A DNA stretch of 64,000 bases from Ascidiella aspersa (lineage: Eukaryota), in NCBI GenBank assembly GCA_963924565.1, contig OZ004610.1, positions 9,052,001 to 9,116,000 on the forward strand, given 5' to 3'. Numbering within the stretch: the stretch's first letter is position 1; each line of letters begins with the position of its first letter. Shown piece by piece: positions 23,213-39,100 of the stretch. Below the pieces are notes generated by a model, which was not told where the DNA came from, did not search any database, and worked only from the letters and a program-made list of their open reading frames with translations. The position numbers were made by a program, and so were the translations under genes.

Positions 23213-26200
23213 ATCTATCGTATTCTATTTATGCAAGCGTGTTATAGTCATACCGCGTTACAGATTACAGATGTCAGTATAAAAATTTGTTTTTATCCAA
23301 AAAAGCCAAAGTTGAGCTGTATTTTCCGGCGGGCGGTTTTATTCGTTTGCGCGATCGCGGGCGCAGATATTCGTAGAAACACATGTGAAAAAGCGCGGCG
23401 ACAGGTTTCTGGCGAAAGCAGCCGGAAGGCGGCGGAGTCCCACTTCTAAACGACGGTGAATTATTCATTGTTCTTGGGCGAATGATTCTTTAGAGCGGAG
23501 ACGCGACGCTGTTTAGTCTGCAAAATATTAAGCCTCCGGAAAGATCAAGGGACGGGGTCTGATTCGCGGTAATCGGCGGATCTTTAACCGGCCGCTTTAT
23601 TTCACCAAACACGGCCCGCCGATGGTATCAAGGCCGAATGATGGAGTAAGCACTGTTAATCATCCGATTTTAGAGAATCGAATCAAAGGTTGTTTGCTTT
23701 CACTGCATGCTAAATTACTCGCAAACTGGTTTCGCGGTCACTTGGTGGAAAATTTCTGCCCAGGCCCTGTGCTTCTTGAATGTGGAGCTCTTTCATCATT
23801 ATTTTTGAGGGAATCGACTGAAATATTGTGCTTTGGCCGCTTCTAGCTACCGTGTTTCGGCTTCTGCGTAGAAACGAAACGTTGCCTTATAAAGTCAAGC
23901 AAACAACGAGGCCAAACGAGGGCTTGCTTCACAGAACGGACGCGCCACCTGCGGGTTTTGGTGGAAGAAAGGTTTTAGAGCTGGCGTCTATACTGAGTCT
24001 GTCGCACAGCTCTCTAATCCCACCCTGATGGTCCCAATTGCGCATTCGTGAAATATTTGCGACAACTAGACAACGAAGTGTTGGCCAAGAATTTATTCAC
24101 TTTTTGCCTATAAACGTTGCGGGGGGTTGGACGACATTAAATCGAATAATCCAAAACCCGGGCGGCCGTCGTTTTTACCTTAACTTACAGCGGCCGAGAT
24201 CCAGTTTTGTCGTGGCCAGCCACCGGTCGCCGAATTTTAACGAGACATTTGAAGTGAAAAATTCGTGGGAGGTCGCAGACACTCTGACCAGGTGCCCGGG
24301 CGCCGACTGAAACCGTTTTTTTGCGGTCGGCTAAATTTAGCGCGGCGCGTAATGAGTAACTCTCCCGCAAGTTGTAATACGAAGCGGTCGGTTCCTTTGC
24401 CGTTTAACCGTCGCCGCGCACTTATCGCGGACCACTTTAAAGCCGAATCCGATGACGATGACGTAAGTTCGTATACGCTTACTACCGCTTTCGGTGAAAC
24501 ATAAATATTCTCCCTCGAGGTCGCCGCTTGTAAATTTTAAAGTTGCACCAAATGTCGCAGGTAAAGACCATCCTAACAATGGCCATTGTTTTAAGAAACA
24601 TTTTTAAATTTCGATTCAAGATAGCGCTTTCCCCTTCGGTGTGTTTCTGATTGGACAATTTTGTGAGAAGATATTTGAAAAGGTTGATAGTCAATATTTT
24701 GTATTGGGTTGTGATAGATCTGCACCTGTTAACATGATAGTGACGTGTCAAACATAATGTAATATTGATCTTTAACGTTTGTCGACCAAACTACACGTTC
24801 ACTCTGTAAACTTACGGTTATTATCTAAAATGAAGAATTTTTTTCTGGCAATATCAATCTTTACTGTTTGCCGAACAAGCTACACATTCACACTCTGTAA
24901 ACTTAGGATTATTAAATAAAATAAATAATTGTTGTTTTCTGGCGCCTGCGAATTTCGATTTGGTGCTTTTGTCTTACATTCTGTATTTTTTATAGGTTCT
25001 CATGCAACTGGGGCTTCAATTCGCGCTCTAACAGACGCACAAACGAGTTAGATAAAACAAGGAAATTGCGCCATAACCCAACCCTTTGTTGCATTGTTGA
25101 GGCTAGTCGTGTTTGTAATGTTCGTGGACAGCAACTGAGCCAGTCAGTAACTGCAACTCCATTTTGGATAACGATGGCGTGCGCGTGGCGCTGTATACCG
25201 GAAGCAGTCTGTCGCTTATTAGTGTACGGCCCAGCGTTAAACACTCAATGCTACAGTGGAAGATTTCCGACCTGCGCGCATATGTGTCTTATAGCTGATA
25301 ACCAGGGCAAGAGTTTGTCCAGCATTCGATAGCGGACTGTACAAACAAATGCGTCGCTAAATCTGTTTCGATTACGTAATGGCTAGATAGGAGTGTAATC
25401 AGCTGAAAACTATACTAAGTTTTATTCCGTATGTTGAACAAAACTATTAATTTTTGGTTGACTGGTAAAGACACCTTCATTCAAATTTTCCGTTGTAGTT
25501 TAGCCTATAGTTAAACAACCTTTAATAGCATAATTGTCAAAGAGCGAATATAATTATATTATAATCCGATTCGCTATTTAGGTTGTCATGTCAAGCAAGT
25601 TCTTAAGAATGAACGTTACGGAAAATTTTCTGCAGCAATACTTATTTACAAATAAAGGGATGAATGGACAATGTGGCGGGCAGTTTAGCAAGGCAATTTC
25701 GAAAATGGAAATTATGATTATATTCAGCCTGTAGTAACGCAATTGAGTTTAATCCGCCCACCCTGCACTAAAATATGTACTAAACAATACACCGAATGCT
25801 AAGTTAAGGACAAATCGATTACTGCATAATTATGTAGATTTTCAATCCGATGCTGGCATTGTAATTTATTGTAAACTTTACCAAATAGATATGTGTACAG
25901 CAAGACATGGTTGAAAGGATTTTTGTAATGGCGCCCGACAGTCTTAAATGGTTGGGTGTGTTACAAACGAATTTTTATTTGCGCGGACTTAAAAGAGCAG
26001 TTAAATTCGGGCTGTATTGATGAAAACCTTGGCTTTGAAGATGTCATGTTACAGATTTGCCTGACGTAGTATTTTGTCTGTATAAACCGGCGCCTTGTGG
26101 CAACGGCCAAGCGCCCGACAGTAAATCCTTCAGGTAGCCTGCCACCAACCGTGTACCTAAAGTCTCCGAGCATAGAAAGACATGCGACGTCGAATTCGCG

Positions 26201-27130
26201 CGCTTGCCCCGGCGTATTCCAAGCAAGCACATACGCCTAAGCAAACGCCCGAACGCGTGTTTAATTGCTTGTTACAACTGCACGCACATGTCAACTCGGC
26301 CTCTGTCAATAAAGCCCGGTCCGCGGCCTGTTTGTTTGTTTTCGTCTTTTCTCCCTAATTGCTCCCTGGGCAAACTTGGCTCCTCAGCCGGCTACCGAAG
26401 TGGGCACTCGTGGCCCGACTCGCCACTCCAGCGCCAATGTTTCGAATCTATAACTGTGTAGCGCGGGCTGGTGCACTGTGAAAGCAAAACCACCGAGCGC
26501 TTGCTATTTTCGGCTTTAGACTATGACTGTCGTACAATAAGGAGCAATAGTGTATATGCAAAACATCTTACCACAGTGCTGGACATTTATGGCGCCGTAT
26601 ATAACAGCGGACTCGGTCTATAGTGAGGTTTAGCATGCATTTCTGACACTTCAATAGTACAGCTATTCTGTTTTATATGGCAGGTATTAGGCAGTTTGTT
26701 AAAGTAGCTTGGAATCGGCATCACCGAAATGTTCTATTTAGTGCTCAGTGAAAATAAGTACTCTTCAATCGGATTGGAATATATACAACTTAAAAATGTG
26801 GTTAACCTGCCTATTGTTGATTACTCTGTGCGATATCTAACAACGCGTTTCTATTACTGTTTTGTTCGTAAGATAAGTTTAAAAAATGTCCTGCATGTAA
26901 AAATGCCATTTGTAGTTGATCGTTAGTATTCAGTGTCAGATGTTCGACTAAATGTAAGACAATCCAAACGACTTTGGGGTTCTTCAACACTGCACTATAC
27001 GGACTTTACTCAAAGAATACCTTTGGAATATTCAAGTCTACCTTCAGGCAGCAGTAAACCGAATACATACTCGTGGAATATTGTCATTGAGGATTAAATC
27101 GTCATAACCGTAAAATATCTCGGATTACAA

Positions 27131-30100
27131 ATGGAGCGAGCCAATCGTCCAGGGAAAATTTTGGTGACCAAACAGAATTCGCGAGAAAACTTTAACGAGT
27201 TGGTGCACTACTGGAAGTCAAAAAGTCCAACTCCGACCACGCCAGGTAAGAAAGCAAATACATAGGACAGAGATGGGTACAATTAATATTAAAACATCGC
27301 TTACCTTTGTAAAGTGACAACTGATGGATTACAATAAATCAAACATGATTGAGCAATCCTCGGTAACACATACTTTTAATTTTAGAATTGCGCCGAAACT
27401 CGTTAAATTTTGTATGTTTTTTATATTTTAACATGCCATTTCTTAAAGGTTCTATGGCTGTTGTTCTTTGCTGTGTTGTGTTATTTGTTATAAAGTCAGT
27501 TGCAAGAGGGTATAATTATAAAAAAATAGTTTATTAAATGAAAAACGTCTGCTTTGGCGACCTTGGTGGAGATTAAAAACGGACTGTGATAGATATCCGA
27601 CAAAGTTATATATCTGAAACGTTGCCTATTTTAATACTGTTTTTTATCTATTGCAGTGCTAGTTAATACTTATTTTCGCTGCAATTAAAACCGGTTACAC
27701 TTGCAATTTGAAACTTGTGTACAATCGCTGCCTTCGCTACGTAACGTTTTTGAATATATATTGCAAGGCTGTTAAATTAAAAATATATCGCTCTTTATTT
27801 GCTTGGATGAAGTTTTGAGTTTTCCCGTCTTCGCCTAAAAATATACTACGGGCGCCTCCCATAGCTCTTTGCGCCAGAACTAACTGCATTCATTGCTAGT
27901 AATATGCTACAGCTATTGTTTAACGGTAAACACTTCTTGTTTTTTGCTGAGCGAGCACATCGATTGTAGCTGAATCGTTCTTGTCCTCAAATCGAATCGC
28001 GTCATCGATATTTGTGACCGCAAGCGAGCGGGCCTGCTCAAGGCCGCCCACGTCCATCCCACACTCTATATATATATGTAGTGTAGCTGATGTATGGTGT
28101 ATGTGTGTCGTAACGTTTGGATGCATGGTAGGCATTTTTCGTTTCACATGTTAACCGGAAATTTGCTGTGCCCGGCACTGGACATGCAAAATGTTTTAGA
28201 TACCTCCGCGTTCATTATGGAACGTTAAACACCCTTGAGAAATGTCACGAGTGCAGGTAAGTGTTCAGTACCTAATACAATTCCATTAAGTTAACCACTT
28301 CGTTAAGAGTTTCACTGATTGATGAACTTTCCTTTTCACAAAAGTATAAACTAACAACCATTAAACACAAACTCAACCATAAACCGAATAAAATCAAATT
28401 ACATTAGGTTTAAAGAAGGTCAACTGTACTTCTCCAGACAAAATAAAATCTCGAGAAAAAAATCTTCTTAAACCGAAGCTGGTCTTTGTGGAACTATTTA
28501 CAGTTCACTCTTATACATTTATAATTAGCGTAAATTTCCTGACTCGCTAAACTCTATTCGACGCGCATTTTCGTGTTTGGATGTTCTCGCGCCTCTCTAT
28601 CGATTAGCCCGTATTAAAGCTGACAAATTGATTTGGATTGTAGTGATCGATATTGCGGCAATTCATTATTGGATTGCGTATGTAACCGCCACTATCATCT
28701 GTATTCAATTTTGATATGTTCTGTATTTGTGGGATGCCTAGAAACACATGTTTACTGGTGTTCACTAAAAATTCATTTACCAACTTCTATATTGTTAACA
28801 GGTAGCGCCACCAGCACTGGCAGTCCCATGCCGACCAAGTTATCGCCCTTTATATTTCCCATTCACATCGACGAACCGACGACGGACAAGCCTGCCGAAA
28901 AAATGCTCCACTCAGTGGCGCCAAAGTGCAAAATCCCGCCGCCAATCGCCGAGGACTTTACATTTAATGCAACAGGTATACTTTTTGTCCTCAGCGTTGT
29001 AGTATGTATGTGGTAAAGCACGGCTACGGTACATAATACTGTTAGGGTACGAATATCTCCGGTAATGCCATAAAAAGTTTAACAAATAAAGCTTACTTGG
29101 ACTTTTCATTTATGTCCAACGTTTTTTGCTAAAATTAAGGTTGATTTTAACTTTAAAGCTTTAGCGTGAAAGTTCATTGGAAATAATGATTCCTCTGAGT
29201 ATAGCTGTCTTATTCACGTGACTTGCTGAATATTACGTCCCGGCGCAGGGAGGTTTAGGCAAAACGTTAACTATATAATGTTCAATTTTTCTTTATAGTA
29301 TAAGTAAATGTGCGAAGTATAATTGTTTGACTAAGTTTTTATTTGATTGTGTTTTACTTACCAACAAGGCCAATTCGGCTAATCTTTTTTTAGAGGCAAA
29401 ATATTCCAATATAAACATCTGCACAATTTGTACATATTTGAGTAAGACGCTTGTCTTATAGATAAGTTATTAATCAATTTATAAACCTTCTTTTGCGCAT
29501 TTGATTCAATAAATCAAACCAAACCCGCCTAATGGATTTACAACAAAATTATTACAGCCTGTAAAATTACCTTAAAATCGAAATACCTTGTGTTATACAG
29601 GGTAATAATACATTCAATACATTTCCATTAAAAACTAATCTCAGGACTAATCGATGCGGTCAATCCTATAGTGCACGACGCAATTTAAAAACGCAAATTA
29701 GTCTTTTGGGGTAGCTTTTATTCTTAATCTTCTTCATTACAGAACCAAGCGCCTTTTGTCGAGAAACTGTCTTTCAAAATGCCGAGCGAGTGATGTGGAA
29801 AAAAGTTCAGTGTGACAGAGCTGGTTGCAGATGTCAATCATCTGTAAGTGTTAATGCTGTTGGAAATACGCCTTTACTATAAACATTGTTTTACCCTCGG
29901 ACACTTGTCGGAAGTCGTATTACCATCTCACCATATCACCATATCGAAATAATTTTGACAAATTAGGACCTTTCCATGTCAGCCTTATATTAATTGGGAA
30001 ATGGGAATTAAGGTGGGTTACAAACAAAGTAAGGGCCGGGATTCACGGAAATCCCTATTCTTCAACCACTACATTGGCCTCAGGACAAGCCGCTTTATCA

Positions 30101-33100
30101 GCCATTTGCCGCTTTATCACTTTTTTCTCGTGTTAATTGTATTGTAATGTGACAACAAGGGGTGGATTAGGATAGCACATCGGCAAACTGGTGGGATTTG
30201 ATTGTCGTTAATTCAATAATAATAAAAAAGTCTATAAGCCCGATCTTTCCCAGAACACTATTAAAAAATGTTTCAAGTTCTAAAATGCTCTTTAGGGGCC
30301 CGCCCCCCTAAGAGAACGTATAGCCACAGGACGAATAAATGAAAGTAAAGCAAGGGTTCTTTAAATTGGATAAGCTACAATACTTATAAGCAGGGGGGTG
30401 TCCGATAATATATCGGATCGAATTAATTTGGTATATTTTGGTGTAAATTGAAATTGGATAAATATCGCCAAAATCGGGTAGCGATTTTGGTATAAAAGGT
30501 CAAGTTCAAGTAAATAAAAGGTCAAGTTCACATCCCTACTGGAAATAATCATTGCGAAACGAGTCTTCCTTAAAACGTAAAAGTTTTTAGGTTTTCATGT
30601 TTGTTGTTTTTGAAGTAAATTGCAGATCACTGACAAGGTCGATTGTAGGTTATTTTCGATAATCCTTTTAAAACCTCACACCCAACAAGCCACCAACAGC
30701 AAAGTTGCAACGTAACCGCTCATTGACCGCGCTTCTCCTTTGACAGAGTCGCAAGGCCGCCAGGGTCACCCCGGCCTCCTTTTGGTCAAGCCTGACCAGC
30801 ACCCCGACCCAGACTCCGAGCCCTGCCCCGACGCCGACGCACAACCCCTTCCAGCGCAACACCAAGCAACGTTCGACGCTGCACGAGTTCCCTTCACGCG
30901 TTCGCTACACCAACAAGCCCACCGGCAAGAAGGGATCGGCCGGGTCGCCCGACGGCGCCGGCACCAAGAAGTCGTCGTCGCCGTTCGTGAGGAACAGCCG
31001 CCTGACCGCCAGCGCCGGCTTCAAGCGGGAACAGTCCAGCAAAGGAAGCCGCTTGTTCAGTAGCAGCAGCAGCAGTAGCAATTGTAGTGCAGGTTTGGCC
31101 GCTTTTGTTTTTCTAATTGTAAGCAGTGGCATAAAAAACTCTTTTGACGTCAAAAATAGGTAAGCTTGAGAAGCGTGCTGTTATTAAACCGCTTGTTCAG
31201 CAGTAGCAGCAGTAGCAGTTATAGCGCAAGTTGGGCGATTTTGTTTTTCTAATTGTAGACAGGGGCGCATTAGGGATTTTTGTTTTGGGTGGCCATAAAA
31301 ATAGGTAATCTTGAGAAGTGTGCTGTTATTGGACAAACTGGTGTGGAAATATGTAATCAGAGTTAAAAAGTTTGTTTGCGTTTATTTGGTTAAAGTCAGG
31401 AAATCTTTATACCTTGAAGATTTATCACATTCGGCACATACAAACTTTAGCACATTTCTCAAATACATATAAACGACTGCATTAAAATCACGTCACAAAG
31501 TTCACACGAAGCGCAAAAGAATACATTGCGTGAATCTTATGGACATATTGAAAAGACGTTATAGATCTGAGAAAACGCGAAGGATTGCATTTAACATATA
31601 GTATCCATAATATGGCAACAAATTGGAATGCAGCCGCCCCTTGGTTCGCTCCTAATGACATGCATATTGAATTGCATTGATCGGTTATAATCCGTGCAGA
31701 GACCTCGCTTCTTTATGGGGTTTATGCTTATTTTTTAAAAACAACCATTAAAAATATTACCCGTCGACTTGCAACGTTCCCTTTTTCGGTTTTGTGTTAA
31801 AATGCATTAAAACCCATCCTTCCTTGCTATATTATCCACGGTTAAGGAATTCTTTCTCGCCCGTTCGTAACGTTTCTTTTATTGAGCGAATGCGGGGACC
31901 AGGTCGAACGCTTGACGCGCGTGGCGAATTCTTCAGGGACCCTGGGCTTGGTTGAGCTTATTTTCTGCCTGTCGTCGCGAATTACTTGCTCGGTTTTAAC
32001 CCGCCAAGCGCGCTCACCGTTGTTTTGATCTGCAATAACTGTCAATGCCTCGCGTCGTCAGTCGCTGGTTAAGTATGAAACGCCGCACAGACAACCTTTG
32101 ATTTGCCAATAATTCTGGATTTTACTATTGGAAATGTTTGAATTATGAACGAATCCAGATGGCTTTTACAGTGTATGTATGATGTGTTTTTATTGCCGTG
32201 TCTGAAATTCGGTCAGCAGTAGGATTGAGAAAGGTTTGGAAGACAGTGGAGAATGTTGCAACTCGATAAAAAACGTGCTAACAACTCGATTTAAAACTGT
32301 GTTTCAATTGATTGGTAATAATCAGGTAAAACAGCTAAGTTTCGATTACATACTCTGCAAAGAACGTATGTGTTATATTCCTTGGAGCATAATGGTTAAA
32401 GGTTGCAGCAAGACGTGAAGATATCAACGCCCAAACAGAAAGATAATGAAGAAATATTTAAAACGCTCAAATTGCTACTTACTTCTCTATGGGCTTTGAT
32501 ATTCCCAATATGTTATTTTCATTTCCCAAAAGTGTCGAAACTTTGTAAACTAAACATCAACTTTTTTCTTCACGGTATAAAGCGAACCTTTTGTCATGGC
32601 TTCCTTTTATTTCAATGTCCGCTGACATTCACGTAAATTTTACAAGGGTTTTGTCAACAAACTGTTTTGAAAACATACAAAAGAGTAAACTTTCCAAAAC
32701 CGTCTTCGATTACAGAAAAAGCAATTTACGAGAGTTTAATGGATGTTTTTCAGGCTATATCTGTGATAATTCGGTATCATATTGCGAAATCTAAACTATA
32801 CATAAAAGTTATATGTGCGTACGTATAATCAGCCTGAAATATTGGCCATGTTATTAAAATGTTCAAAACATTTTACCTTCCAAGCCCGTTTTCAATTAAT
32901 CGAAACTCCGCATCATGATCAAATATCTGTGTAAATACCATTTTCCATCACAAAGGGTTTATCGTCTATTTATGTCGTCAGTTATTGATCCATATTATTA
33001 CAAAAGGGCAATCCGATTAATTTCGCTGTTGATTTTCTATGAGGGTGACACCCACATCCAAAATGTGGCTACTCTTCTAATTATTGCAAACTTTTGAAAG

Positions 33101-36100
33101 TCACATAATAAGGTCTATATATATACATTTATAGACCCTGCATTATTTGATGCCAACATATTAATCATAGCTAAGCAAATCGTTGTGTGACACCTTGAAT
33201 CTAATTGAGAGGTTCAGGCTTACCAGCAAAAAATACGTACATTTCTTGACGACAAATAATAATTGGCAGCACTTTTGAAAACCAGGCTACGCTAATTAAA
33301 CTTTTGCCACTTAAGCAAAAAAGTTAAGTGTGAGACACAAAATATACGATAAACAATCGAAAAAGAAAACAAAGGCGCGCCGATTAATGGAAACAGATTT
33401 GTTTAGAAAAACTTATACCAGTTTGCTTTTAAATTGAGGTAAAATAAATGTTGCTTTTTATTTTATTGCAACATTTTCTTATTCTTATAACAGCGTAAGG
33501 CAATAAATCGTTTAGCAGAAAGGTCAAGCCCGTGCGATGGAAGCACCAATAGTCACGATATTGTCATATGTACGCCAGCCCGTCAGCCTGCCGACTTGGT
33601 TCAAATGTAAACCTATTTGCCTCTACAAATCGCACAATGAACTGAGAACAGCAATATGCTGCAGGGAAACGCCGTTTGCGAAAAAAAACAAACACTAAAC
33701 GATAGAATAGCTCGATCGGAAGTCAAAAAGGCTGCAGAGTCCTCTCGCTTTTTGTCAGTAACTCGTCAGCTGTAGTTTTGTTGGCGGTAGAAGTGTTGTG
33801 CGTAAGTTGGCTGTGCGCTGCACTTGTGTTAAGCGCGACTTCAGTTTTAGGAATGTAACGCAATAAACGCAGAAACCTATTTTTGTTCACGGCTAACCGA
33901 ACGGCCCTTTTTTGTTCACGGTATTGGTAATTTGTTCACGGTATTCGTAAGGCGGCTCAAAATTTATTTGACAATGGCCCTTACGTAATCACTATATCGA
34001 CCGGTTATATTGATTCCATTTGGCAATAATACAGGATAATTTGTCCAAGTTTGCCTGTTTTGCTTCTAGACTTGACATCAGCATTAGCACCCGTTTTGTG
34101 TGCGGTTGTGTGAGAAACGTTAATAATATCATTTTAATGTAACTGATCTATACAGTAATAGGTATTAGGTACTGTTCCTAATGTAAACCACATTAGTCTA
34201 AATAGCTTTTGGTCAGATTTTATAGCCGTGGCGAGTGCGATTCACCTTGGTCAGTTATGCAACATACCGTATAGCCAAATTGCTGATTAAACCACTTTTT
34301 TCGCATTTGTCCCAGTTCCGTTAAATTCTTGTTGTCCAGAACAGTCAGCGCGAATCGACCCATGATTGGACGATTCACCAATAAGCACCCTTGATGCTCC
34401 GCTATTCCCTTTTCGGTAGCTTAATCTCCGGTTAGAAACATCATATTGGTCAAAGCTTCTAGAGGTCGCTTTGCCCTGTTTTCATCAGTCGACGTGAATA
34501 CGCTTACCCCCAGCAATCAAACGGACGAACTCCCGTAACGGGAGGGCAAATGAGAATCCGTTCTTTCCATTGGATGGCTTTATCACGTGTTCCTTTTGTA
34601 GATATATAAGGACGTGTAGAGTAATATTTATTTTGAACTAGAATAGGCCGAGTGGCGATAAACTAAAGTTTAACTTTTATATAAGCTTGGCTTGATCAAA
34701 ATTGTTGCCTATTCACCATGTATTTTAAACGAATTTGATATTTAAAATTGGCTTGTCTTTTTTCGAAAGTTGTATATTTACACACGAAAATATTACGATT
34801 TACAAAATTACAATGGAGAACAAACCAAAGTCGAGTAACATAAATGCCAAACGTAAAAACGCGATAATGCAAAGATAACCACGTCGTTCAGTCAAATTAA
34901 TAGGAAGCATTTAAATTGATTAAAAGCTGCAAATTGTTGGAAATTGACGGCACTTTTCAGGAGAGAAAATCTGCCTGATGTAAAATTCATCTTTGCGAGG
35001 AAAAACAATTTCCTGGGATTTACGACTCCACCTTGTTGTCTCAGCGTCGAGCAAGATTGCTCGTGAAGGCTTACGAGGAAAAAAAATTCCGCTGTCAAGG
35101 TCGCGAGGACTGCGAACCAATTCCGCAAGTTGCTTACAAAGGGCCTCGAGTTTCTTGGACGCATGTCACTCCCGTGTGGCTTTAGAAGATCAGTCACTTT
35201 TTTGCTTTCTCGACGCTCTTTGAAAAAGGTTAAAAACTATACACAGTGTGGCCGACCTAGAATGGACGACACGCGAATCGGCTACAGAAGCCCAGTATTC
35301 CAAAAGGAGTATTAAATAATATTTTTGTTGCATTTTAACGGTTATAGCGCGTGCACCGTGTTGTTCTGTCTATGGGAGAAGGATTGAAAAAGGAATACAG
35401 CTGAATCGCAACGTCGCCCACGCTTTTCTACTTTTTTTGTTCAAATAGCGAAATAGATGCCTACCAGTGGTGTGATTTCGGTACGTCGCTGTTAGCACAT
35501 TTAGGTTCAACATTTTCCAATAGGATTTTCCCTGGTTAAAAGGCGACACTGATTTATAGAAAGGTGGTTGTGCCATTTGACGTTGAGAATAATGAACATT
35601 TGCACTGCAATTTAGTTAAGGTAAACTTGCACAGGGGCACCTAAATGTTGCTTGCTGTGTTTTACGCCCTAGTTTACGCCCTATAGCGGGAAAAACGTAG
35701 TTAAGGACTACGTTTTCTTTTTTAGCAACGGCTTGGTTGTCGAATTTTGCTTGTAAAAGCTAAGTGCATTTCTTTGAAAACTATGCCTTAGATTAGAAGA
35801 ACCTTTGAAATATTTCTAGTAACTGCCTATTTCGGGAAACGTGCATTACTTTTTTTATAAATGTCAAAATCAGTTATGATGTTGTTTGGAGTTTTTTGTG
35901 GCATCCGCAATTGTAATTGAACCGCAATTGTAATTGAAAGTCCACTATATAGGCAACCTATCACTACTGGAAACCTCCATTTTCGGGGTGTGATTGTGTT
36001 TCGGCACATACACACATCCACATAACAGGGCACGCGTACAATAAGTCAGCGACGAAATATGCCCCGTTCGAGTTTACTGTGCTGCGGTCAGGCCGTGATT

Positions 36101-39100
36101 CGAAGTCCCTCGCTACCGCAACAGATTAACTCGCCTGTCGATTGAAGCGGTAGTTTCAATGAATTATGCATACGCCTGGCGGCACCTTACCTATTGACGT
36201 TTCCTATGCGACGATGACAGGCGTTCTGGACACACGTGGGTGTTGACCGCCGATCAATTAGCGCGTTTATAGACGGCGCCGCCGTGGCTTTGCAAGGGGA
36301 ACTTCAAGTTACTTTTAGATTTCACGCCAGGTCTGACCGGAGTCAGCGATGGAGAGAAAATGGTGCCTACGGTTGCATTGTGATATTGATTTGTGGCCAT
36401 TGGTTTTACTGTAAATAGACCAACTTGATTTTTAACCTTTTTTTTTATTTAGCCTATCGATTTCGGTTTTATTAGCTTGCCTTTATTTTGGCATGGCGAA
36501 AAATAGCACGAATGTAACTTCTTAGGCGAGTTTAAAGTGGCTATGTAAGCTGACCTAAATGCAGGCCAGAATTAGTTTCGGAACGTTTTACGTACTTACT
36601 GCTATAATGGCCCAACTGATAGCGAACCTATATTTAGACTTATTTAGATCACATTATTTGCGGCCAAGAAGTATGGCGCTACTTAATACTTGAGCTACTG
36701 CCGTTGTTCCCGTTTGGGATGCATGATGAATGACCGGGTGACATACTGTGCTTTTTTCGCCCTGTAACCTTTTGCTTAAGGACCCGCGTTGTAACTAATC
36801 GGCGTGCTAAAAGCCGTGTTGCTGTCCAACGATGTTCACGAACATCGGGCACGTAAATCGTTTAACGTGGACAGTTGGTTTTGCAAAAAAACAAATTGTG
36901 CAGATCGGTCTATACCTATTTATAGCGCTTTGCAAGGAAGTTGAACTATACCAGGCTATAGTTAGAACAGCACCTGAGTGAGTGGTCTAACTCTGCGACA
37001 GGCAACCAAATGACGTTTTTAGCGGAGTATCTTATTCTATTCTAGCAACAAAGGAAATACAGGTTAACTTGCAAAATAGCACTTGTAACGCCAGGTTGTT
37101 CTTTTTTTAATTAAATATGTATTCGAACATTAAATTACCAATGCTGCAATCGTCCGGCAAAAGTTGTATCATATAATGTTGCGTGTTTTCAGTAACTCGC
37201 AATAAAGTTGTGCGTGATGGTCAGCAGTTACAGGTAGGCAATATGAATGTGAAGAGCTCGCAAGGTAATCCAATGTTATTAGCAACCCGTAACAACTTGT
37301 TTGCTACATTCACCGGAATATAGGACTACTTTTTGTTTGTTTTGTTATTTTCTAGTTTATACAAGGCTTTGCCGACTGAAACTTGTCGAGTTTGTCCTCT
37401 CGGCCTGTATGGTTTTGAAAGTGTCACTGTTAATAATAGTGAAAGTGTTTTACGAATAGTCTACAGTAGCAGTAACTACAAACTAGCCAATGGATATTTC
37501 TAATTTGTTATCGAGGTTCGCGGTTATGGGTAGAAGACAGGATGCATAATATTTTCTAATTTTTGTTTTATTATTGGCTCCATATCCTATCTTACCCAGC
37601 CACCAAATCCATCGTGCTATGTGCTTGTACTCTAATTGACTGTTAATTCGCAGACACTAAGGCGAGTGAATCTGGCGACCTGTCGTCGCTGCGCAGTAAA
37701 AAGGCTTCCCTCAAATTGGTCAACCTCCGACGCAAGATGAGCAAGGACCAACTGAATCCGCAACAACCGCAACAACAGGCCGAGCCGAAAAAGCGGCAAA
37801 CTCCAACATTTACGATCGACGAAGGCTTTCTGGACGTCACCGTAAACAAGGACGACGGCGGTAAGAGGCCTTGGGCGACATCTTTTTTCAGGGTTTTTAA
37901 CTTTTTCAGTAGCTTTAGTGTCTTATTGCTGTATTGTCAGATAATGTAACTTCATTGCATACCTGTATGTTTTATGGCTTTCCGTAACTAGAAATCTGCT
38001 TGCAAATTATTAACTTTGCCATTTCGAGTTTTATGTTTTATGACTTTCGGTAACTAGAAATCTGCTTGCAAATTATTAACTTTGCTATTACAAACTTGAC
38101 AGAAATAGAACAAGAGCGTGTCATGACGTTATGGAAAGGTGTCTCGGCTGTAATTATGTTCCGCAATAATTCATTGCTAGTTTGTATTTTGAACGAAAAT
38201 TGAGAAAATGACACGGACAAAGATTTTGTTGTACTAATAACCTTTAACTTTGGAAGTTAACAGATTATCGGAAACTATCTTTTAAACAGCTATTCTAGTT
38301 AAATAAATTTTGCGATACACGTAATCCAAACCTAAATTGCGAAAACCGCTATATGTCGCCAGAGAACATGATTTATTGATTTTAAATATTTCTAGCCGGT
38401 ACCAAGCAAAATCATAGACGCAGACCGTTAAAAAATTAAAACTATGTACTAAATCATCAAAATGCAAAAGCAACAAATATTTTCCTACTTTGTGCAAGAT
38501 TCTTTTTAAATTCGTTAATTGTTACTTTACAGTAAATCAATCTTCCTAAATACTATGAAGGCTTTCGCAATCAATTTATATTTCCATGTAAGGTGCCGTA
38601 AGCCAAAAAGGCAAACTAACAATGCTCTTCACTCTTCCTAATCTGTGCCAAACACGGTTTCATAATTAACGTGGTGATTCGTGCACTTTTCAGGCCTGCT
38701 TTCTCCAGTCGACTATGGCTACCTGACGACCGACGAGACATCGCTCAAGCGTCGCTCGCACAGCTTTTCCAAGGCCGACCTTTACATCTACCAGAAGCGC
38801 CAGCAAGCCTCCGCCGAACTGACTCATTCCTCACAAGAAGATCCGACAGCGTGAGTGCATTTTCGATTCTTTGTTAGCTTTGAGGTGACAAAACATTGCG
38901 AGTGTCGATATATCGCATGTTTCTGTCGTTACATTACTGACGTTAAACTCGCAACCCAACCACACAAAATTAAAGTACCCGCCCTAAACTTAGTTGAAAG
39001 TACAGTTTCCAAACGTAAATGAGGGCAATCGTGTTCGCTTGACCGTGACGGCCTTTCTATTTCCCGGAAATCCACCTTAAGTTTCTCACGTATTAAGACG

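Noticed and set aside
28200-28256. 57-nt segment with a strong CAG|GTAAGT donor as a coding exon
   Set aside because: It has a stop in the required phase; at most a UTR or poison exon.
30740-31063. ORF-track 107-aa frame MTESQGRQGH...
   Set aside because: Splice phases select the other frame (SRKAARVTP...), which stays open to the donor.
34961-35315. Acceptor followed by MSLPCGFRRS... as another alternative first exon
   Set aside because: No convincing phase-1 donor to join the 37654 exon.
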